From positions 76,750 through 140,749 of the forward strand of contig JACQCQ010000002.1 of the NCBI GenBank assembly GCA_016201505.1: a DNA stretch of 64,000 bases. The letters run 5' to 3'. This DNA is from Candidatus Sungiibacteriota bacterium. GTDB lineage: Bacteria > Patescibacteriota > Minisyncoccia > Sungbacterales > JACQCQ01. Made by a program: the position numbers and the translations under genes. The first letter of the stretch is position 1, and each line of letters starts with the position of its first letter. This document shows, in pieces, positions 48,102-56,142 of the stretch. Under the pieces are notes generated by a model. It saw nothing but the letters and a program-made list of their open reading frames with translations, had not been told where the DNA came from and made no database searches.

Positions 48102-48671
48102 TCAGGCTTTTTTGACTCGCTCAACGTATTCGCCCGTTTCAGTGTTCACGCGCACCACGTCGTCTGGATTGATAAATAGAGGCGCCGAAACAACGGCGCC
48201 AGTTTCGAGAGTTACTGCCTTTGTTCCGCCTTGCGCCGTATCGCCGCGAAGCCCCGGCGGGGCTTCGGTCACTTTTAAGTCCATCTTAATGGGGAGAACG
48301 ATAGATATAATTTTGTCTTCCAGCATAACAGCCGTCACTTCAATATTCGGTTTCAGCCATTTTGTTTTTTCCCCGAGCACTGACTCTGGAATGGGGAATC
48401 GCCTTGACCGATCTTTGGGGTCACAAAACATGTATTCTCCGCGATGGCCGTATAAAAACAAAATCGACTTTTTTTCGATGTCGGCCTCTTGGAAGGCATC
48501 GGCTTGCTTGAAGGTCCGAGTTAAGACCTGGCCGGAAACGCAATTTCGAATGCGTGCTGTCGTATTTGACCCACCGCGTCCAATATGCGAGTGCGAAATC
48601 TCAAGCACCTCAAAAGGGCCTCCTTCGAGGATAATCAGTGAGCCGTGTTGTAAGTCATTCATGGAAAGCAT
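48102..48671 (-). CDS. efp: Elongation factor P
   Basis: HSHIGRGG loop, PPGLRGDTAQGGTK.VTLETG and VNTETGEYVER; start MLSMNDL, since the longer ORF-track start lies in 7-mer repeats. Confidence 0.93.
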   Translation of the reverse strand: MLSMNDLQHGSLIILEGGPFEVLEISHSHIGRGGSNTTARIRNCVSGQVLTRTFKQADAFQEADIEKKSILFLYGHRGEYMFCDPKDRSRRFPIPESVLGEKTKWLKPNIEVTAVMLEDKIISIVLPIKMDLKVTEAPPGLRGDTAQGGTKAVTLETGAVVSAPLFINPDDVVRVNTETGEYVERVKKA

Positions 48672-48954
48672 GCCGGTCGAATTATGAACTAGGAATTGAG
48701 AATTACGCAAGTTGGGTTCTTGTTTTCTTACTAATTCTGGCTTCATGATTCAAGATTCCAGCCAATGTGGATAAAACGTTTCGGTTATTGGGTGTTTCAT
48801 CATAAAATTAAGATAGGTCAATAGATCTTCTTTTTGCCCTGACGCGTGTGGTCGGTCTTTGGGGATAGACAAAAGGAAGCTGACATGAAAATTTTGGAGG
48901 TTCTAAAGCTTTGATCTCCAGAATGATAGTTCATTATCGTTAACTCCAATTCAC

Positions 48955-49635
48955 ATGATACTTCAATACGGAGGAGACGCGATTGTCTCCTCACTCTACA
49001 ATACGTGGGCCTCGGTTATCTCTTTCATCCCCATGTTTTTGATAGCGTTAATTGTTTTCCTGATCGGCTGGATTGTGGCGGTGGCCATCGGCAAGCTTGT
49101 CGAAGAAGTGGTTAAGTCGCTTAAGATCGACAGCGTTCTGGAAAAACTCGAAGTCCACAAAGGACTTGATCGAGCCGGCATCAAATTAGATTCCGGCGCG
49201 TTTCTCGGCGGCCTGGTGCAGTGGTTTTTGGTTGCTGTCTTTTTGCTGGCGGCAGTTAATATTCTTAATCTGAATGAAGTCTCCGGATTTTTGCGCGATG
49301 TGCTCCTTTACATCCCGCGTGTCGCGGTGGCGGTCTTGATTCTGGTTATCGCGGCTCTTGTCGCGGAGACGGTAGAGAAAATTGTGCGCGCCTCGGTTGA
49401 GTCGGCCGGATTAAAAGGCGGACTGGTTGGCGCGGTCACGCGCTGGGCGATCTGGATCTTTGCGCTGATTGCAGCGCTCCAGCAATTGGGCGTTGCTTCC
49501 GCTCTCTTGGAAACATTGCTGACAGGTCTTGTCGGCATGATTGCGCTGGCCGGTGGACTGGCCTTTGGCCTTGGCGGAAAAGACGTGGCAGCTGATATTC
49601 TCTCCAAAGCTCGCCGCGAGATTCAGAATAAGTGA
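48955..49635 (+). CDS. Conserved TM-helix repeat (MscS/CmpX-like) membrane protein
   Basis: Repeated FIP/YIP..hydrophobic helices and GLAFGLGG. Confidence 0.8.
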   Translation: MILQYGGDAIVSSLYNTWASVISFIPMFLIALIVFLIGWIVAVAIGKLVEEVVKSLKIDSVLEKLEVHKGLDRAGIKLDSGAFLGGLVQWFLVAVFLLAAVNILNLNEVSGFLRDVLLYIPRVAVAVLILVIAALVAETVEKIVRASVESAGLKGGLVGAVTRWAIWIFALIAALQQLGVASALLETLLTGLVGMIALAGGLAFGLGGKDVAADILSKARREIQNK

Positions 49636-49659
49636 AGCCAAAAATTGGTCGAAAACCAA

Positions 49660-49691
49660 GCAAAAATCCCGCCCTTAGGCGGGATTTTTGC
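49660..49691. terminator. Intrinsic terminator
   Basis: GCAAAAATCCCGCC-ctta-GGCGGGATTTTTGC. Confidence 0.8.
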
Positions 49692-49718
49692 GGGTTACGA
49701 GTCTATCCAAGAGTCAGC

Positions 49719-49748
49719 TTGACTTGCATTACGCTACTATAGTAGTAT
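49719..49748 (+). promoter_or_regulatory. Candidate promoter for the 23S-5S unit
   Basis: TTGACT at 49719 and TAGTAT at 49743, just after a terminator. Confidence 0.45.
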
Positions 49749-50381
49749 TTCTGAAGCTAGATTAAGGTAATTATTCGAAGCTATTTGATCAAATGCAAAC
49801 GTACTTCCAATTGAATACCACTGCGGCCTCGGATGAAAGAACATAAGCCCCTCTCGTAGGGAGACTTAGGTAGATGAGGTCGCCGGAAGGCGATTTTTCG
49901 TTCGAACGTCTTTTTAAAAACATTTGATTTCCCACCGAGAAATCAGATTCGCCACTCTCCTCGCGATCGCTTCGCGAACCGTGGTCGCTTCGTCGAGTGA
50001 GCGTTCTAAAAAGATATTCTTCACTTGAGCTTCGTAGGAAAGGTCGCTTCGCTCCCCACATTCAAGAAGTTGGAGATGACGACTAGTTAACTAGAAAACT
50101 AGAAAACTAATCGGTGTCTCTGAAAACGTTTTCGTACGCTTACGGAAAAAGTAGGAGGCAAGATTTTTGACATAAGGCTAATAATTGCAAAAGGGTAATA
50201 AACCGATGCTTCGCATCGGAATGTCTAATTTTCAATTTCTAATTTCTAAACTTTTTACGCCACATCGCTTCATTAGAAATTAGGTATTAGGAATTTGGAA
50301 TTTCCGATGCGGAGCATCGGAAAATTGTATTTTCAGTAAACTCTTTGGAGTTTATTGAAGCGTGATTCGATACAAATTTGT

Positions 50382-50728
50382 TATGTACCTGAATTGTGGA
50401 ATGTAGAAGTAACTAGACGAGAAGAGGGGAGACACTCTATGACGATCGAAGCAGTGCGGAATCTGGAGAAGCGTCTCGGCGACGTAATCCATGTGGAGCT
50501 TGAGAAATTCTCGCGGCAGCACGCTTTCGTGGAGGGGCGCGGCTGGCTCTTGAAGGACGCTGACCACCACCTTCTTTTCCGGACGTCGCAGCAGATGGCT
50601 AGGGTGGCAGCTGGTATCTGCGCTCATCTCTGCACAGAGCGCCAGCCAATCTCGAAGCCGAGAAGAAGCACGTAGCGTTCATCATGGGGAAGGTCAGTAC
50701 GACTTCCCCTCCACAATTCAGGTACATA
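50382..50728 (+). mobile_element. CTGAATTG cassette 1, in the rRNA leader
   Basis: Perfect 19-bp IR TATGTACCTGAATTGTGGA / TCCACAATTCAGGTACATA; SD-led ORF; 3' hairpin 50686-50709. Confidence 0.8.
50439..50675 (+). CDS. Cassette-1 cargo, 78-aa hypothetical protein
   Basis: ATG after GAGGGGAG; MTIEAVRNLEKRLG... Confidence 0.65.
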   Translation: MTIEAVRNLEKRLGDVIHVELEKFSRQHAFVEGRGWLLKDADHHLLFRTSQQMARVAAGICAHLCTERQPISKPRRST

Positions 50729-51116
50729 CAAACATAAGTCGAATCGCAAATGGTTCGGCAGGCTCACCACAAGTGAATCTGTCGAACTTTCTCTCGATGA
50801 TTCTTGAGACTCGTAATTACATTACTTGTCCCGAGCGAAGTCGAGGGATCTCACTCGTTCTCTGATGAATGTCAGAGGACAAGAAAATAAAAAGCGGTTA
50901 TTAAGGGCGCATGGTGGATGCCTTGGCTTTAAACAGCGATGAAGGACGTAGCGTGCTTGCGATAAGCATCGGGGAGGTGGCGAGCAACCTTTGATCCGGT
51001 GATGTCCGAATGGGGAAACCCTAGGGGAGTAATGTTCCCTAACCCGTCGTGTAATAGCGATGTGGAGTCAACCTGGTGAAGTGAAACATCTCAGTAACCA
51101 GAGGAAAAGAAAACAA

Positions 51117-51219
51117 GTTGCTTCGCAACTTTTATCAGCGAATAGCGAATCCCGTACGAATAAGCGAATTCGTTTATTCGAAAAGATTCGTAATTCGTTG
51201 ATGATCGAGCGCAGTGAAC
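51117..51219 (+). other. 23S insertion near E. coli position 230 carrying the 70-nt CGAAT element
   Basis: Lies between GAAAAGAAAACAA and ATTCCGTCAGTAGCGGCGAGCG. Confidence 0.8.
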
Positions 51220-51674
51220 ATTCCGTCAGTAGCGGCGAGCGAACGCGGAACAGCCTAGAGGAATCAGTTTGCTAGTTTACTAGTTCGCTGGTTCCAGTTG
51301 TAAGTTTAGTTCGTAAAAGAGCAATCTTTTGAAGAGTGTAAAAATTAAGACTTCGTTAGGAGAATGGTCCTGGAACGGCCAACCACAGAAGGTAATAGTC
51401 CTGTACACGAAAACGGTCTTATACTCTTGGAACTTTACTTGAGTACTGCCCAGTATGACGACTGGGTAGGAAGCAGGGAGAACTAGTCTCCCAAGGCTAA
51501 ATATGTTTAAAGACCGATAGTGAACCAGTACCGTGAGGGAAAGGTGAAAAGCAGCCCGGTGAGGGCGGTGAAATAGTACCTGAAACCATGTGCTTACAAG
51601 GAGTCGGAGCTCGCTTCGCTGACGAAGCGGTAGATTCAAAATCTTAAAACTGCAAAATCAAATATTTCCTTTTG

Positions 51675-52074
51675 TGTATCTGAATTGAAAAAATAAGGAG
51701 GTGTCAATGGCATACCCCCAAGATGAAATCGCACGCCTGCGGGAAATGCTGCGGCTTGATCAGATGTCGCCGGAAGAGCTGGTACGGTTTCTTAAACTGT
51801 TTTGGGAGATTACGGAGAGCAAGGTTCTCGAGCGCGGCGCCGAAGGCAAGGATGTCTTTAACGCCGGGTTGGCTGAATGGCTGCTCACGATTGCTGTAGT
51901 TGCCATCGTGCGGTCTTTTATTGATCGCGCTGACAAGAGAGCGATTGTCCGAACCCTCAAAGCCTCGTTACCGGCGAAGATTTGGGAAGTTTGCCGGCCG
52001 CTTTGCGAGCCCTTGCTCTCAATTCCCGGGGAGTGATCCGTCAGCCGACGGACTCCCCGTTCAATTCAGATACA
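51675..52074 (+). mobile_element. CTGAATTG cassette 2
   Basis: Perfect 15-bp IR TGTATCTGAATTGAA / TTCAATTCAGATACA; 3' hairpin 52028-52058. Confidence 0.8.
51707..52036 (+). CDS. Cassette-2 cargo, 109-aa helical hypothetical protein
   Basis: SD TAAGGAGGT 4 nt before ATG; stop codon lies inside the conserved hairpin. Confidence 0.75.
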   Translation: MAYPQDEIARLREMLRLDQMSPEELVRFLKLFWEITESKVLERGAEGKDVFNAGLAEWLLTIAVVAIVRSFIDRADKRAIVRTLKASLPAKIWEVCRPLCEPLLSIPGE

Positions 52075-52192
52075 TAAAAATAGTTTTGAATTTTGTAGTT
52101 TAGTTTTTAAATTTAGCGACGCGTCAGCGGAGCGAGTAACGGCATGCCTATTGAAGAATGAGCCAACGAGTGTATGGAGATTGCTTGCTTAA

Positions 52193-52330
52193 CCCCGCCC
52201 TTTGCGCAGTAGCGCAAAAGGCGGAACTGACAGTCTACAGTCTACCGACTACAGCAGATGTTGTTGTTCATGCGGTAGTCAGTAGTCCGTGGTCAGTAGT
52301 CCGCCCCTTGTTAGTGAACAAAGGACGGGG
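52193..52330 (+). other. 23S insertion near E. coli position 615 with CAGTCTA 7-mer arrays
   Basis: Between GCTTAA and GGAGGCGCAGGGAAACCGAG. Confidence 0.75.
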
Positions 52331-52366
52331 GGAGGCGCAGGGAAACCGAGTGTTAACAGCGCGTAA

Positions 52367-52480
52367 GCACCTCACTTTGTTCGGTGCCTATCAGCGAATA
52401 TCGAATCCAAAACGAATAAACGAATTCGTTTATTCGAAAAAGATTTGTAATTCGTTGATGACCGAGCGAAGCGAGGCTGC
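52367..52480 (+). other. 23S insertion near E. coli position 655 with a CGAAT element
   Basis: Core 52390-52460; basal stem CCTCACTTTGTTCGGT/ACCGAGCGAAGCGAGG. Confidence 0.8.
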
Positions 52481-52989
52481 ATGTAGTCTTCATACGACCC
52501 GAAACCAAGTGAGCTACCCATGGGCAGGGTGAACTTTGAGTAACATCAAAGGGAGGCCCGAACCGGTTGGTCGTACAACGCCTTCGGATGACCTGTGGGT
52601 TGGAGTGAAAAGCTAATCGAACTTGGAAATAGCTGGTTCTCTTCGAAATAGCTTTAGGGCTAGCGTCAAATCACACCGTAATGGAGGTAGAGCACTGGAT
52701 GGACTGTAATGGGGCAACCCAGGCAGTCCAATCAAACTCCGAATGCCGTTACGCGTTATTTTGGCAGTCAGCAGGCGGGGGCTAAGCTCCGTCGTGCAAG
52801 AGGGAAACAGCCCAGACCGCCGATTAAGGTCCCTAAATCAATGCTAAGTGTATAAGGCGGTGGAATTTTTAAAACAGCGAGGAGGTTGGCTTAGAAGCAG
52901 CCATCCTTTAAAGAGTGCGTAACAGCTCACTCGTCAAAAGATTCTGCGCCACAAATGTAGCGGGGCTAAGCATTGTACCGAAGTCGCGG

Positions 52990-53133
52990 GTTGCGCGCTT
53001 CACTTTTGTTCAGCGCGCTCATCATCGAATAGCGAATCACGAACGAATAAACGAATCACCATAACCGTATTCGTATATTCGCAGCAAATTCGTTATTCGC
53101 TGATAGAGCGCCGAGCAGCAGCGAGGCGCGTAA
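52990..53133 (+). other. 23S helix-45 insertion with a divergent, apparently inverted CGAAT element
   Basis: Between CCGAAGTCGCGG and CGGTAAGAGAGC; core 53021-53104. Confidence 0.8.
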
Positions 53134-54034
53134 CGGTAGAAGAGCATTTGCATCAGCAGTGAAGGAGGACCCGCGAGGGCCTCTGGAGCGGTGCGAAGAG
53201 AGAATGTTGGCACTAGTAACCGCAAGTTAGGTGAGAATCCTAACCGCCGAAAGTCCAAGGTTTCCTTGGCAATGCTAATCAGCTAAGGGTTAGTCGGTCC
53301 TAAGGGAATGGTGAAAACCGCACCCGATGGATACACGGTTAATATTCCGTGACTCGAGTTTTGATCGATGGCGGGACGGAGCGTTGTACATTCTATGGAT
53401 TATTGGATTTCCATTTCTGTTATGAGGAAAGCGCGTAGGCAAATCCGCGCGCTGGGTTAGACCCGCTTCCAAGTAATGGGATAATGCGTTTCTTCGGATT
53501 CGCAAATAGAAAGGAGCACGCTTCCCAGAAAAACGTCTAAGATTATCTTGACTCGAACCGTACCGCAAACCGACACAGGTGGACTAGTGGAGAACACTAA
53601 GGCGAACGGGTGAGACCTCGTTAAGGAACTCGGCAAAAAAGCGGCCGTAAGTTCGCAATAAGGCCTGCCTCATTGAGGCTGATAGAAGGAAAGAAAGCAC
53701 TGCACAGTGTTGGTTTTTGAATTTGTGTTTTGTGCAACGTATTCTCGAAAAGCGTTTGCATTTGTTCCAGCGACAAATGCAACTCGCCAAGCTCGCAAAA
53801 ACTTTTTGTTTCGACAAAAAGACCAAGCTTTTCGCTCGCTTGAGCGTTTTCTTAAATACGTTTGCACCGATATGGATTCTTGATCGAACACTGTGCAGTG
53901 CAAAAGAGAAAGGGCAGATTTTTGCTGATGCAAAAATCTGAAACTAGAAAACTAGAGCCGCGAAAGCGGCGTAACTAGAAAACTATAGTTGTAACTCTGA
54001 ATTGCGGAGTTAAATAGTTCGCTGGGGAAAAGGT

Positions 54035-54130
54035 ATGAACTCGCAAGGAGAAGTAACGCCACTGGCGTTGATGGGACTTGCGACCGTTTTTGCCATATAT
54101 CTTCTCTGCCAGCTCATCTGGGCGGGATAG
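54035..54130 (+). CDS. Cassette-3 cargo a, 31-aa TM peptide
   Basis: MNSQGEVTPLALMGLATVFAIYLLCQLIWAG; preceded by GGGGAAAAGGT. Confidence 0.6.
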   Translation: MNSQGEVTPLALMGLATVFAIYLLCQLIWAG

Positions 54131-54142
54131 TGGAGGATATGA

Positions 54143-54271
54143 ATGTCCAGGCTGGCGGCATATCCGCTGTTCCTTGTCTGTTGGACTCCGTTCATGATTG
54201 TGATCGGGTTCATCATCGGGATCATGATCGAGCGATCGGGTCGGATTCTTGCGGCCGAGGAGGAGGTATGA
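54143..54271 (+). CDS. Cassette-3 cargo b, 42-aa TM peptide
   Basis: MSRLAAYPLFLVCWTPFMIVIGFIIGIMIERSGRILAAEEEV; SD GGAGGA. Confidence 0.65.
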   Translation: MSRLAAYPLFLVCWTPFMIVIGFIIGIMIERSGRILAAEEEV

Positions 54272-54390
54272 GAACAGCCATCGGTTTTATGATCACTATT
54301 GGGATCATGGCTGCTGTTGTGATCATCGATCGGTGGTGCAAGCGGCGCCTGCCGATGCGCGGCATCTTCGGGCCGTATCGGCAGGCATAA
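54268..54390 (+). CDS. Cassette-3 cargo c, 40-aa TM peptide with basic tail
   Basis: MRTAIGFMITIGIMAAVVIIDRWCKRRLPMRGIFGPYRQA; SD GAGGAGG; ATGA overlap with cargo b. Confidence 0.65.
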   Translation: MRTAIGFMITIGIMAAVVIIDRWCKRRLPMRGIFGPYRQA

Positions 54391-54716
54391 GGAGACGAGG
54401 GAGTGCGATCCGTCAGTTGACGGAGACTCCCCCAACCCTACTAAAAATGTAGGGCCGCAATTCAGGGTTACAACAGGTCTAAGTTTAGGCGCGATTGCGC
54501 GAGCGAGCGGTAAGTTCTTAAAGAAAGGAGAAGTACGCGGACCGAAGAGGATCTGCCGAATCGAGGGCAGCACATGTGCATACCGGAGTAGTCGACGGTC
54601 ATTCGGCAAGACCTTACGCCCCTCCGCATAGTTCTTTGATCGCTCGTGCAAAAAAATATGGAGGGCGCAGACCTTCGGGTCTCGGTATAGGCAGGTAGCC
54701 TGCCCCTCCGCCATTC

Positions 54717-54755
54717 GCCAACTGGTGAAGCCAACTGGTGAAGCCAACTGGTGAA
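54717..54755 (+). repeat. Three perfect 13-bp tandem repeats
   Basis: GCCAACTGGTGAA x3. Confidence 0.9.
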
Positions 54756-55157
54756 CTCGAGCAGAGAGTCTCCCGCCAGGGTCTCTTCTCTGTAAAAGAT
54801 GGGCGGTCCCGCCGCCCGTTACTCGAGCACCCCAGCGGCCTCCCTAGCCCGGGGCCGCTGGGGTTCGAAAATCACTATGTCGGGCGCGACGTGAGCTCTC
54901 CTGGTAGGGGATTGCGTCGACTCACCCGGCAGAACGCGGCGGCGGTTCCCCCCGGAGCCGCCGCCGTCGTAAACACTTTTCTCTTATTTTTCTCCTCGAA
55001 ATTCGAAGTCGGATTTCGATCCTTCTATCAGCCTCTTTGAGGCCGCAGCGAAAGATTCTCTGGCGACTGTTTACCAAAAACACAGGTCCCTGCTAAACAC
55101 GTAAGTGGATGTATAGGGGCTGACGCCTGACCAATGCGAGAAGGTTAAAGATTGTGG

Positions 55158-55277
55158 TTGCTTCGCTCTTGCTTCGTAACATCAGCGAATAGCGAATCCC
55201 GTACGAATAAGCGAATTCGTTTATTCGAAAAGATTCGTAATTCGTTGATGAAAAGCTGTGGAGCGTGAGCGGAGCAG
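55158..55277 (+). other. 23S helix-68 insertion with a CGAAT element identical to 51134-51203
   Basis: Core 55181-55250; basal stem TTGCTTCGCTC/GAGCGGAGCAG. Confidence 0.85.
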
Positions 55278-55317
55278 CTAACGGTCCCAAGCCCTCGTCA
55301 ATGTCAGCGATAACTAT

Positions 55318-55808
55318 AAGTAACGATTGTAGTTATAAAATTTGGCTATATGTTCCCAATTTGTCTGCGAGCGTTAGCGAGTGGCTAACAAATCGCAATC
55401 CCGTGGCCTTACAGTCACGAGACAAAACAAATTCGGGAAACCCGAAGTCACGCCGCGCAATACGAAAGTGTTGGTTGCGGGGGAAGGCTTTGGGGACTGG
55501 AAAACCCGCGAATGCAGAAGTACTTCAATACCACGTAGTATTGAAGTAACAATCTTCTGCCGATTCGTGAAGGTAAGATGGATGTATTCCGCTCGCAATA
55601 TGAACGGATGTATCCGCCGAAGCCTTGGCGAAGGCGGACAATCAGCAGGAAAGATTCTAATTGGTAAAAATTAGAAAATCCTCAGAGACTACACGCCAAA
55701 CTCTTCAATGCACTCGAGTCTGTCGAGCTAATTGGATAGATGATATAGTCCGAACTCTATGGTGACATAGAGAGTTGACCCGAGAGAGGGTCAGAGTAAC
55801 ACTAAATG
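55318..55808 (+). ncRNA. Group I intron at the L1917-equivalent site, no homing endonuclease ORF
   Basis: Exon ..TAACTAT^AATCGTT; guide AACGATTGTAGTTAT pairs with both exons; P7 blocks CAGAGACTA and GATATAGTCC; terminal G. Confidence 0.9.
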
Positions 55809-55822
55809 AATCGTTCTAAGGT

Positions 55823-56142
55823 GAATAACACTGCCTTAGTAAAATCTAGCTATATCGGTGAACACCTTACACTTTAATACTTTAAAGTATTAAAGTGTAA
55901 GACAATACCGAGGCAACCCCGCCAAAATTTTGCACGAGCAAAACTTAGGCGGGTGAGTCCGTAGAGACTACACGCTAGACTCCAATCCGCAGTTGGCGGA
56001 GGAGAAGATATAGTCCGGCCTCTATGGCGACATAGAGAGATGCAGAGAAATCGTGCATCCGGATTCATGATTCATAATTCTTGCTTGCCCTTCCGTAGCT
56101 CTAGAGAGCAAAGGAGGGATTCATGATTCTAGTAACAATTCG
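55823..56142 (+). ncRNA. Group I intron at the L1931-equivalent site, no homing endonuclease ORF
   Basis: Exon CTAAGGT^AGCGTAATTCC; guide GCCTTAG; GTAGAGACTA and AAGATATAGTCC; terminal G. Confidence 0.9.

Larger units (their letters stand above)
51610..52136 (+). other. 23S helix-25 intervening sequence (about 527 nt) containing cassette 2
   Basis: Between GAGTCGGAG and TAACGGCATGCC; basal stem CTCGCTTCGCTGACG/CGTCAGCGGAGCGAG. Confidence 0.85.
53988..54474 (+). mobile_element. CTGAATTG cassette 3
   Basis: 20-bp IR with one G.U (GTTGTAACTCTGAATTGCGG / CCGCAATTCAGGGTTACAAC); 3' hairpin 54399-54431. Confidence 0.8.
53675..55035 (+). other. Giant 23S insertion (about 1.36 kb) in the helix-63 region
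   Basis: Closed by a perfect 16-bp IR GAGGCTGATAGAAGGA/TCCTTCTATCAGCCTC, between AAGGCCTGCC and GGCCGCAGCGAAAG. Confidence 0.85.

Noticed and set aside
48672-48746. N-terminal extension of EF-P in the ORF track
   Set aside because: Translates 7-mer repeat DNA; EF-P homology begins at MLSMNDL.
23274-48774. oriC from DnaA boxes (23274, 24064, about 35609, 48766)
   Set aside because: Boxes are isolated and far apart, with no cluster and no dnaA/dnaN.
50382-54474. Integron cassettes (attC)
   Set aside because: No integrase, and the IRs enclose the ORFs on both sides rather than forming a downstream RYYYAAC..GTTRRRY attC site.
54010-54747. 245-aa minus-strand ORF and 86-aa plus ORF (54130-54390) as genes
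   Set aside because: They cross cassette boundaries or lack coherent composition; three SD-led TM peptides explain the cassette better. The 54714-54475 part remains unresolved.
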